Shown here piece after piece: positions 8,232 to 16,386 of a stretch of 64,000 nt of DNA (position 1 is the stretch's first letter; the number at the start of each line of letters is the position of its first letter). The DNA is taken from assembly GCA_046733635.1 (NCBI GenBank), contig JBKPPO010000091.1, forward strand, positions 10 to 64,009, read 5' to 3'. Below the pieces are notes generated by a model. That model did no database searches, was not told the DNA's origin, and saw nothing but the letters and a program-made list of their open reading frames with translations. Made by a program: the position numbers and the translations under genes. This DNA comes from Pseudomonadota bacterium (GTDB lineage Bacteria; Pseudomonadota; Gammaproteobacteria; Steroidobacterales; Steroidobacteraceae).

Positions 8232-10190
8232 ATGCGCTCACTCAAGAATCTCGCCAGCCTGCTGCTGATCACGCCGGCCTGCTTCGCCGCGGGTCTCGCT
8301 GAATTCGACAATCCGCTCCTGCGTCAGCGCGCCGATCCGCAGGTGATCATCCACCAGGGGCACTACTACTTCACGGCCACCTCGGCCGAGTGGGATCGCA
8401 TCGAGATCAGCCGCACGAAGGATCTGAACGCACTCGACCGCGCACAGTCCAAGGTGATCTGGCGCAAACACGCCTCGGGACCCATGAGCGCCCACATCTG
8501 GGCGCCCGAGATCCATCACATCGACGGCAAGTGGTACCTGTACTTCACCGCGAGCCGCGCGGACGCCATCTGGGAAGTGCGGCCGTATGTGCTCGTGAAC
8601 GAGGCTGCAGATCCTTTCACCGGGGAATGGCGCGAGCTCGGGCGTCTCGAAACAGGCTGGGACAGCTTCTCGCTCGATGGCACCACGTTCGCACACCGGG
8701 GCAAGCGTTACTTCGTCTGGACGCAGCGCGGGCGCACGGCGGAGGAGGGGAAAGGAACCAACATCTACATCGCACGAATGACTTCGCCGACGGCCATCGA
8801 CACATCGCGTGTGACGCTGCTTTCCAAACCGGAGTACGAATGGGAAAAGCGCAAATACGAGGTCAACGAGGCGCCCGCGGTCATCATTCGAAACGGCCGG
8901 GTGTTCATGACATTTTCGGCCAGCGCGATCGACGCCAACTATTCGCTGGGATTGCTCACGGCAGCGGAGAATGCGGATCTGCTGGATCCCAAGTCGTGGA
9001 GCAAAGGCGCCGAGCCCGTGTTCAAGAGCAGCGTGAGCTCGGGCTTGTATGGGCCGGGTCACAACTACTTCACCACGACGCTCGACGGCAAGACGGACCT
9101 CATGGTCTATCACGCGCGCGACTACAAGACCATTCTCGGCAGCGAACTCGCGGATCCGAACCGTCACACGCGCGCCCAGGTGCTGCGCTGGAAGAAGGAC
9201 GGCACGCCGGACTTCGGTGAGCCGCTGGCGGATCCGGGCAAGGTGGCGACGAAGCCGCTGTTCCGCGATCCGGTGTTCGACGGCGCGGCGGATCCCGTGG
9301 TGATCTACTCGGGTTCGTACGGGCGATGGTTCATGTACTACACGAATCGTCGCGCGAACCTCGCGGAGACGAAGGGCGTGGAGTGGGTGCATGGCACGCG
9401 CATCGGCATGGCGGAATCGCTCGATGCGGGCGTGACCTGGCAGCCCATCGGCGAGGCGCGCATCCAACTACCCGCGGAGTATGGCGCGAACGAGGCCACC
9501 CACTGGGCCCCCGACGTGGTGCGCGACGACTTGGGCATCTTCCACATGTTCCTCACCGTCGTTCCCGGTGTGTTTGAGACCTGGGATCACCCACGGCATA
9601 TCGTTCACCTGACCAGCAAGGACGCACGCCACTGGACCGATGCGCGGTCCGTGAAGCTCGCGGCGGAGCGGCCCATCGATGCCGCGGTAGTGAGACTGCC
9701 CGGCGGCGGCTGGCGCATGTACTACAACAACGAACTCGACCAGAAATCCATCTGGTATGCCGAGAGTCCGGATCTCGAGACGTGGACGGACAAAGGCAAG
9801 CTCATCGGCGATCAGGCCGGAGAAGGTCCGAAGGCTTTCCAATGGCGCGGCAGGTGGTGGCTGATCACGGATGTGTGGAACGGTCTCGCCGTCTACCACT
9901 CACCGGACGGCGTGCAGTGGACGCGGCAACCCGGACAGATCCTGCAATCGCCCGGCAAAGGCGCGGACGATGGCGTGCAGGGACAGCATGCGGACGTGGT
10001 CGTGAGCGGCGACCGCGCCTGGCTGTTCTATTTCACGCATCCGGGGCGGAAAGCGGAGCAGAAGGGTGATTCGTACGAGACACGCCGCAGTTCGATCCAG
10101 GTCGTCGAGCTCACGGAGTCCGGCGGCAAGCTCGGTGCGGATCGTGACGCGCCCGCGCGCATTGCACTGCGCGCGATCGATGTTCCCTGA
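8232..10190 (+). CDS. glycoside hydrolase family 43 protein with a second beta-propeller-like C-terminal half, secreted
   Basis: Signal MRSLKNLASLLLITPACFA. GH43-like N-half (ADPQVIIHQGHYYF, IWAPEIHHIDGKWYLYF, NEAPAVI). The C-half again has propeller-like repeats (ADPVVIY..., WAPDVV..., GEGPKAF...). Alternative start at 8211. Confidence 0.8.
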   Translation: MRSLKNLASLLLITPACFAAGLAEFDNPLLRQRADPQVIIHQGHYYFTATSAEWDRIEISRTKDLNALDRAQSKVIWRKHASGPMSAHIWAPEIHHIDGKWYLYFTASRADAIWEVRPYVLVNEAADPFTGEWRELGRLETGWDSFSLDGTTFAHRGKRYFVWTQRGRTAEEGKGTNIYIARMTSPTAIDTSRVTLLSKPEYEWEKRKYEVNEAPAVIIRNGRVFMTFSASAIDANYSLGLLTAAENADLLDPKSWSKGAEPVFKSSVSSGLYGPGHNYFTTTLDGKTDLMVYHARDYKTILGSELADPNRHTRAQVLRWKKDGTPDFGEPLADPGKVATKPLFRDPVFDGAADPVVIYSGSYGRWFMYYTNRRANLAETKGVEWVHGTRIGMAESLDAGVTWQPIGEARIQLPAEYGANEATHWAPDVVRDDLGIFHMFLTVVPGVFETWDHPRHIVHLTSKDARHWTDARSVKLAAERPIDAAVVRLPGGGWRMYYNNELDQKSIWYAESPDLETWTDKGKLIGDQAGEGPKAFQWRGRWWLITDVWNGLAVYHSPDGVQWTRQPGQILQSPGKGADDGVQGQHADVVVSGDRAWLFYFTHPGRKAEQKGDSYETRRSSIQVVELTESGGKLGADRDAPARIALRAIDVP

Positions 10191-10206
10191 GCCGGCTTTC
10201 GCCTAG

Positions 10207-12738
10207 CTAGTCGGGCGAACCCAGTTCCAGTTCGGTCCAGGGTTCTTCCCGGCGCTGCGTTTCGCTGCGCACGGCCTGCACCTGAGCGGCCGAGACCGGC
10301 GAGGACTCGTGCCCCCAGGACCGGCGCACGTAGGTCAGGATGGCGGCGATGTCCTCGTCGCCGAGCGCGCCGAGAGGCGGCATCGTGGTTTCACCACTGG
10401 TCTTCCCCTGGAGCACGATGCGGATCGCCGCGGTAGCGCTGCCTGTCGCCCAGGGTGAACCCACGAGCGGCGGCGCGAGGCCGGCCATGCCTTCGCCCTG
10501 GGGCTGATGGCAGGCGGCGCAGACCGCGAACTCCTGGCGGCCTCGCTCGTACCGCGATCGTTCCGCGTCGGACAACGTTGCAAGCGCGGTCGCCGCGTCG
10601 ATCTTCTGGCCACGCCAGCGCAGATGCTGAAGCGACGCCTTGGCGCGCGCCGCCTGGCTGCTGTTGCCACGCGCGAACTCGGCCAGCGCTTTGGGTTCCA
10701 GCGGCAGGAACACCGTGCGGCGCCGCGCGCCTTCGCCGGGGATGAAACGATCCACGCCATCGAGCAGCGCGTCGAGCAGCCACGGCGGTGACTTCGCCTC
10801 GAAGCGCGCCAGCAGAGCGTCGACCTGTGCGGCGTCCTTCGACTGCAGGATCGCCGACGTGAGCGACTCGATCGGCGCCCGCGCGCCCGGTCCCATTTCG
10901 GTCAACGCCTGCAACGCCGTGGTTTCCCGGCCGTTCCAACTACTCACGAGGGCGTCGGCCATGAAAGGCAGCGAGCCGTGTTCCACCGCGAGCACGGTCA
11001 GGATTTCGTCGACGGATTTCGCGGGGCCTGCGCCCAGCGACAATGCCGCCTGCCGGAGGAATACCGGCTCGCCTTGTCCGACGCGGTCGGCCAGGGCGCG
11101 CGTGACGCGCGCTGCATCGTCCGCGAAGAACCGCTCCGACAATCGCGCGCCCACGCTGGCCACGTCCGCATCGACATCCTGCAAGGCGGTCTCGACGACT
11201 TTCCAGGACACGCGGTCCAGACCTTCGAGCGTCCAGAGCGCGTGCAGTCGCGCCGTTTTCGGACCACTACGTGCGAGCAACTCCAGCGCAGGCACTGCCG
11301 AGACATCCTGACGCTCGACGAGCAACCGCTGTGCGGTGTCGCGCCACCAGCCATCACGATGCGTCAATGCGTCGACGAGCTTGCGTGAGCTGGCCCTGGC
11401 CAACGCTGGACGCGCGGGCTTCGCCTCCGGCCCCGAAACGATGCGCCAGATGCGGCCCAGTCCCACGGGCGCCTCGAGGCCGCGTTCGCGGATCTGATTG
11501 CGCAGGTAGGTAGTCAGGTAGATGCGGTGCTGGATGATGCCGCGGTACATGTCGACCACGTACAGCCCGCCATCCGGACCGTTGTAGAGATTCACCGGGC
11601 GGAATCGCTCGTCGGTGGAAGTCAGGAACTCGGCGTTTTCGTACGCATTGCTCACCGAGGGAACACCCGCGCGGGTCTCCACGCGCAGCCGCTTGATGAG
11701 ATTCGCAGACGGCTCGGCGACAAAAGCGTCGCCCCGGAACGCGTCCGGAAAGTTGCTGCCGCGATAGATCACCGGTCCGCAGGCGGCCGTGAGCAGCGGC
11801 AACGTGCCATCCTCACGCAGAATCTTGTAGCCGCGGTTCACGCCGAGCGTGATGCGGCTCGGCCAGACGGGTGTGTCCTGCGGTCTCGCCAATTGCAGGT
11901 TCACGCCCTGCGGCGCGACGAGGCGCGGATTGCGGCGCAGATACTCCGCGGGCAACACGTCCATGCGCAACGGCTCGCTGTTGTTGTTGTAGAACAATCG
12001 CCCCGTGTCGTCTTGCGTGATTCCCCACTGGCCGCGGAACACCGTGGGCTCGCGTCGCCACTGACCGCGATCGAAACGAAAGCGGGTGGTGTGGTTGGCG
12101 CTGTAGATCCAGTTGTCGATGGCCGGCATCAGGCCGTTGGCCGTGTGCTCGGGATTGGTGGTGTCACCGTAATCGGTGGCGACGGAGGTGCGCTTGTCAG
12201 CCTTGCCGTCGCCGTCGGTGTCTTCGAAGAACCAGAGATTCGGTGGCTCGGCCACGAGGACGCCATTGGCGACGAGCGAGATGGCTCGTGGCATCACGAG
12301 ACCGCCGGCGAACTCGGTACGCCGGTCCATGCGGCCGTCGCCATTCACGTCTTCGAGCACCGCGATCGTGCCGATCGGCGCGTTCTCGCCGGTGCCGTCC
12401 ACGTTCGGCATGTAGGCACGCATTTCGACCACCCAGAGGCGGCCATCGGGACCGAAGCTCATGGCGACGGGATCGAACACCAGCGGCTCGGCCGCGACGA
12501 GTTCCATGCGGAAGCCCGGCGGCAGCTTGAATGTCTTGAGCGCGTCCGCAGGTGCCAGCGCCGGCGCGGGCGGCGATTTCAGATGCGCCGGCGGCGGCGC
12601 CTGGACTTCGCCAGCGCGGTCGCCGTTCTGGGCGAGCGCGGCGCCGGCGACGAGCAACGAAATCAACGTGAGCGCGGCCGTGCGCGCGGTGCGTACGAGT
12701 GCAAACGGATGGTGAGGCAATGGAAGGATTCCAGTCAT
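10207..12738 (-). CDS. PVC-type membrane-bound-dehydrogenase-like beta-propeller / HEAT-repeat / c-type cytochrome protein
   Basis: Signal peptide. N-terminus PPGFRMELVAAEPLVFDPVAMSFGPDGRLWVVEM is typical of the Planctomycete/Verrucomicrobial dehydrogenase-like domain. C-terminal haem motif CAACHQ with downstream MPP. Confidence 0.8.
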   Translation of the reverse strand: MTGILPLPHHPFALVRTARTAALTLISLLVAGAALAQNGDRAGEVQAPPPAHLKSPPAPALAPADALKTFKLPPGFRMELVAAEPLVFDPVAMSFGPDGRLWVVEMRAYMPNVDGTGENAPIGTIAVLEDVNGDGRMDRRTEFAGGLVMPRAISLVANGVLVAEPPNLWFFEDTDGDGKADKRTSVATDYGDTTNPEHTANGLMPAIDNWIYSANHTTRFRFDRGQWRREPTVFRGQWGITQDDTGRLFYNNNSEPLRMDVLPAEYLRRNPRLVAPQGVNLQLARPQDTPVWPSRITLGVNRGYKILREDGTLPLLTAACGPVIYRGSNFPDAFRGDAFVAEPSANLIKRLRVETRAGVPSVSNAYENAEFLTSTDERFRPVNLYNGPDGGLYVVDMYRGIIQHRIYLTTYLRNQIRERGLEAPVGLGRIWRIVSGPEAKPARPALARASSRKLVDALTHRDGWWRDTAQRLLVERQDVSAVPALELLARSGPKTARLHALWTLEGLDRVSWKVVETALQDVDADVASVGARLSERFFADDAARVTRALADRVGQGEPVFLRQAALSLGAGPAKSVDEILTVLAVEHGSLPFMADALVSSWNGRETTALQALTEMGPGARAPIESLTSAILQSKDAAQVDALLARFEAKSPPWLLDALLDGVDRFIPGEGARRRTVFLPLEPKALAEFARGNSSQAARAKASLQHLRWRGQKIDAATALATLSDAERSRYERGRQEFAVCAACHQPQGEGMAGLAPPLVGSPWATGSATAAIRIVLQGKTSGETTMPPLGALGDEDIAAILTYVRRSWGHESSPVSAAQVQAVRSETQRREEPWTELELGSPD

Positions 12739-13154
12739 CGTTTTCAGCGGGCGGTGATGATGTGACCGGCGCTGCTGGGCGGCAAGTCCGGCCGTGCTGT
12801 GTGTATGGCGTAGGCCCGATTGAGTATTGGTTGACCTTCGGGCCGACAGCGTGATCGGTTTTACGGCGTACTCGCGGCGCCGGATCGAGCGAGAGCTCTC
12901 TGTCGCGACGACCAGGTCTGATTCCGCCGTGGTGTGTTGCGCTAACTACTTTTGGCCTTCCTGGCCGAGGCGAAATCCAAGTGCGCGGCCGCCATGACCG
13001 CGACCGCAAGCGACAAGCGTGACGCCGCAGAACGTCAGGCGGCTGCCACCGCAATCGGCGAAATCGAGTGGCGCCTGGGGGATCGCGGCGCGCGACTCGC
13101 AGAAGGAGTACTGGAACCCGGAATGGCGAGCGTCCCGGACCACTGTGCATATAG

Positions 13155-13181
13155 ATGTATGTTATTCACCATAATATACAT
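13155..13181. promoter_or_regulatory. 11-bp inverted repeat in an AT-rich island (candidate operator/promoter of the S8 protease gene)
   Basis: ATGTATGTTAT (13155-13165), spacer tcacc, ATAATATACAT (13171-13181); 10/11 positions complementary. Contains the -10-like CATAAT (13170-13175). It lies about 110 nt upstream of ATG 13289. Confidence 0.4.
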
Positions 13182-13288
13182 TATGCGCAGACATGGGCGT
13201 TCTGTGGCCTGGGTAACGGTCTGTAACAACCGGGAACCCTTTGCCTCGCGGATCACCACAAAATCCGGTCTCGCCCAGGAAGCACCTC

Positions 13289-15331
13289 ATGCGCGCCACT
13301 GTGTCGTCCGCGATCCTCCTCGCCACATTGTCAGGCCTCGTCAGCGCCACGGTTTTCGCCGCCGGCGAATACAACCCGGTGTCTCGTGAGCCGCGTCCTG
13401 CCGTTTCTAACGCGACGCTGGGTGTGATCGTGAAGATCCGCAAGGACGCGGCCGGCGCCGTCTTGCAGAAGCTCTCCAACGGCCAGGACCGCGCCCGCGT
13501 GCTGGCCCGCCGCACCGGACTCGATTTGTCGCTCAAACGCGAGATCAGCGAAACCCTGATGGCCAACGTCATCGAGCTTCGCGGCGCCGACGCCAGCTCG
13601 GCGCTCGAAACGCTGCGTGCCGATCCGGCCATCGAGTACGTGGCCCTCGACCGGCGTCGCTACGCGCACGCGACGACCCCCAATGACACCTTGTTCACGG
13701 GCCAGTGGTATCTCAAGAACACGGAGGTATCGGCCGTCAACGCCATCAATGCCTGGGATCGCGAGCTTGGCGTGAACGGCGTAGTCATCGCGGTGCTGGA
13801 CACGGGCGTGTTGTACGACCACCCGGACCTCGGCCGCGCGGACCGGGGCGGCAAGCTGCTTCCGGGTTACGACTTCGTGTCGCAAGCCCACCAGACCAAC
13901 GACGGCGACGGACGCGACGCGAACCCCTCCGATCCTGGCGACTGGGTCGATGCCACCGACAAGGCGAACAGCCTCTACGACAACTGCGACACCACGGCGA
14001 GTTCCTGGCACGGCACACGCGTGGCCGGAATGATCGGCGCGATGACTAACAACAACGCCGGCGTCGCGGGCCTGAACTGGAATTCCTATCTCCTGCCGGT
14101 GCGTGTGCTCGGCAAGTGCGGCGGCATCGACAGCGACATCCTGGCCGGCATGCGCTGGGCTGCGGGATTGCCGGTACCGGGTGTGCCCACCAACCCGACG
14201 CCCGCACGCATCCTCAACGCCAGCCTGGGCAGCAGCGGCGCCTGCGAGCCGGGTTACCGCGAAGTCATCGAGGAACTCACGGCGCGCAAGGTGCTGCTCG
14301 TGATCTCGGCGGGCAATGAGGGCACCGTGGTTTCCTCGCCCGCGAACTGCCCGGGTGTGGCCGCGATCGCAGCGATCCGTCATGCCGGGAGCAAGGTGGG
14401 ATTCAGCAGCCTCGGTCCGGAGGTGACCATTGCGGCGCCGGGCGGCAACTGCGTGAACATCAACGGCGGTCCCTGCCTGTTCTCGCTCGACACGACTTCC
14501 AATGACGGCGCGACCGCTCCCGCCAATCACCTGTTTACCGACCAGATCCGCAGCAACCTCGGGACGAGCTTCTCGGCGCCCATCGTGTCGGGCGTCGCGG
14601 CGCTGATGCTGGCCCGGAACGGCAATCTGGGCACTCATCAACTGTTGGCGCGTCTTCGCGAGGGCGCCCGTCCCTTCCCCACGACGGTTGCCGATGAGCC
14701 CGCGGCGCCCGTCTGTCACGTGCCCGCCAACGATCAGGATTTCCAGCTCGCCCAATGTATCTGCACCACCAGCACCTGCGGTGCCGGCATGGTGGATGCC
14801 GCGCTTGCGGTCGAGGCCGCGGATCGCCCCATCGCGGCGATCTCGCTTCCTGCAAACGTCTCGCCGGGCCAGAACCTCAGCCTGAATGCAGCGGGCAGCG
14901 CGGCTTCCTGCGGCCGTACCGTGGCGAGTTTCGCGTGGACCGTGGTCGCACCGGCGGCGAATCCTCCGGCCATCCTCGGTGCCAACACCTCGGTGGCGAC
15001 CGTAGTGGCCCCCGCCACCGGCGCCTATACGTTGCGAGTGACGGTCACCGACTCGCTGGGGCGGTCCGACTCGGCCACGGTGCTCGTGGAATCGAATCGC
15101 ACCAGCAGTTCCGCGCCTTCGCAGGCGGGCTCCGCCGCCTGTACGGCGGCCATCGTGTCCGGCCCGACTCCGGGAACGGGCGGGTCCGGCTCGAGTTCCG
15201 GATCCGGCTCCAGTTCCAGCTCCAGTTCGAGTTCGTCCTCCTCGAGCGGTGGAGGCGGCGGTGGCGGTTCGCTCGGCGCCCTGAGCCTGTTGTTGCTAGG
15301 CGTCGCCACACGTTTCCGCCGTTGCATTTGA
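13289..15331 (+). CDS. secreted subtilisin-like S8 serine protease with PKD/Ig-like domain, Ser/Gly linker and GlyGly-CTERM sorting tail
   Basis: Signal MRATVSSAILLATLSGLVSATVFA. Catalytic D (VIAVLDTGV), H (SWHGTRVAG) and S (GTSFSAPIVSG). Tail is S13-G7-SLGALSLLLLGVATRFRRCI. Start moved to ATG 13289. Confidence 0.9.
   Translation: MRATVSSAILLATLSGLVSATVFAAGEYNPVSREPRPAVSNATLGVIVKIRKDAAGAVLQKLSNGQDRARVLARRTGLDLSLKREISETLMANVIELRGADASSALETLRADPAIEYVALDRRRYAHATTPNDTLFTGQWYLKNTEVSAVNAINAWDRELGVNGVVIAVLDTGVLYDHPDLGRADRGGKLLPGYDFVSQAHQTNDGDGRDANPSDPGDWVDATDKANSLYDNCDTTASSWHGTRVAGMIGAMTNNNAGVAGLNWNSYLLPVRVLGKCGGIDSDILAGMRWAAGLPVPGVPTNPTPARILNASLGSSGACEPGYREVIEELTARKVLLVISAGNEGTVVSSPANCPGVAAIAAIRHAGSKVGFSSLGPEVTIAAPGGNCVNINGGPCLFSLDTTSNDGATAPANHLFTDQIRSNLGTSFSAPIVSGVAALMLARNGNLGTHQLLARLREGARPFPTTVADEPAAPVCHVPANDQDFQLAQCICTTSTCGAGMVDAALAVEAADRPIAAISLPANVSPGQNLSLNAAGSAASCGRTVASFAWTVVAPAANPPAILGANTSVATVVAPATGAYTLRVTVTDSLGRSDSATVLVESNRTSSSAPSQAGSAACTAAIVSGPTPGTGGSGSSSGSGSSSSSSSSSSSSSGGGGGGGSLGALSLLLLGVATRFRRCI
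15179..15274 (+). repeat. low-complexity Ser/Gly codon tract inside the protease gene
   Basis: Run of TCC/AGT/TCG/AGC then GGN codons encoding GGSGSSSGSGSSSSSSSSSSSSSGGGGGGG. Confidence 0.9.
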
Positions 15332-15354
15332 AACATGCCGCGTTATATTTGCGC

Positions 15355-15372
15355 GCGTTCCTTCGGGAACGC
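15355..15372 (+). terminator. stable UUCG-loop hairpin after the protease gene (no T tract)
   Basis: GCGTTCC, loop TTCG, GGAACGC, 24 nt after the stop codon. No U-run follows, so function is uncertain. Confidence 0.3.
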
Positions 15373-15457
15373 AGGGTCCGGAACGAATAACAACAACAAG
15401 AGGCGCCATCGGGCGCGCGGTGTTTCAGGTCGCCGCTGCCCAGTTGACGAACACCGC

Positions 15458-15817
15458 ATGACGCGTGTCTACGACCGGCTCGAATCCGCCACATTGCTAC
15501 TCACCCGCTCCGGCGCCATCAAGGACCGGCTCGACGCCGCCTGGCGCCAGAACCTGGCCACGCTCGAACCCGAGGATGTGCCGCGTGAGGTGCGGTTGCC
15601 GTTTATCGAGCTCCGGTCGGTCCTGCATCGCGAGCGTCCGCTTCGCGGTGAAGACGCGGTCCGCGCGACCATCCGCAAGATGTCGAACGAGCAGGCCGAA
15701 GCCTACGCCGCGCAGATCGTGCGGATGTTCTGCCGCCTGACTCGCCAGCAGGAGCTGGAATTACCGATGCCCACGTCCTCGGGCGCCGTGGTGCAGCTTT
15801 TCGCGGCCGAAGGCTGA
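15458..15817 (+). CDS. hypothetical helical protein (119 aa)
   Basis: High-GC3 frame from ATG 15458 (MTRVYDRLESATLLL...). No recognisable domain and no clear SD. Confidence 0.55.
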   Translation: MTRVYDRLESATLLLTRSGAIKDRLDAAWRQNLATLEPEDVPREVRLPFIELRSVLHRERPLRGEDAVRATIRKMSNEQAEAYAAQIVRMFCRLTRQQELELPMPTSSGAVVQLFAAEG

Positions 15818-15864
15818 ACGCCACCGCTTGCGCCGCGCAGATGCGCGGTAGCTAGAGCGACCGC

Positions 15865-16320
15865 TCAGTCGAGCTTGAACTCGATCGTATCCCAGCGATT
15901 CGATTCCTCGTGGCGAGCCTGGGCCTTGATGGCATCCACGAGCGCACGGCCGTCCCAATCCACGATCTGATCCGACAACGACGTGATGGCATTCGGCAGC
16001 ACCGCGTTGGCGCCGAACGGCCGCATGAGGATCACGGGTTTGTCCGAGGCCTTCGCGAACGTCATCTCGAACAGCATGAGCTCGCTCTGCTGGCGATACA
16101 GCCCGGGCAGCGCGATCACACATTCCGCCTGCGCGATCTGCTTGCGCAGTTCCTCGCGGTCGGCCTCCTTGCCACCACCCTTCGGCGCTTTGTCAGGCGC
16201 CGAGAGATTCTTGTAGAAGAAGTTCCGGGAACTCTCGAGGTACTCGAATATCCGCAGGTACTCGTCGGTGGTGTCCCACGCATGCGTGATGAACAGGCGG
16301 ATGGGATTGTTTTGTGACAT
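15865..16320 (-). CDS. stand-alone TIR-like (ThsB/DUF1863-type) domain protein, 151 aa
   Basis: It is the last 151 codons of the 480-aa ORF. The pattern IRLFITHAWD..DEY..IFEYL...ECVIALPGLY..SELMLFEM..A....KPVILMRPFG....P......D.IVDW....LVDAIK matches the small TIR-like family. Local G+C is 48-55% in two hand-counted lines. Confidence 0.65.
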   Translation of the reverse strand: MSQNNPIRLFITHAWDTTDEYLRIFEYLESSRNFFYKNLSAPDKAPKGGGKEADREELRKQIAQAECVIALPGLYRQQSELMLFEMTFAKASDKPVILMRPFGANAVLPNAITSLSDQIVDWDGRALVDAIKAQARHEESNRWDTIEFKLD

Positions 16321-16386
16321 GTCGAACGATCCAGAACGGTGACTTGAGTGTAGTGTAGCCGCCGAGGTTGCGCGCCCTCTCCACTT

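Noticed and set aside
12895-12945. GGTCTGATTCC segment resembling a tRNA T-loop (GGTTCGAATCC), considered as a tRNA or an att-site remnant.
   Set aside because: The flanking bases do not form a T-stem or an acceptor stem, and no cloverleaf can be drawn.
12946-13143. 65-aa Cys-containing minus-strand ORF next to the S8 protease, considered as a possible RiPP/lanthipeptide-type precursor.
   Set aside because: It has a GTG start without an SD and is divergent from the protease. No modification enzyme, transporter or immunity genes are nearby, and an overlapping + strand ORF has equally good codon bias. The evidence is insufficient.
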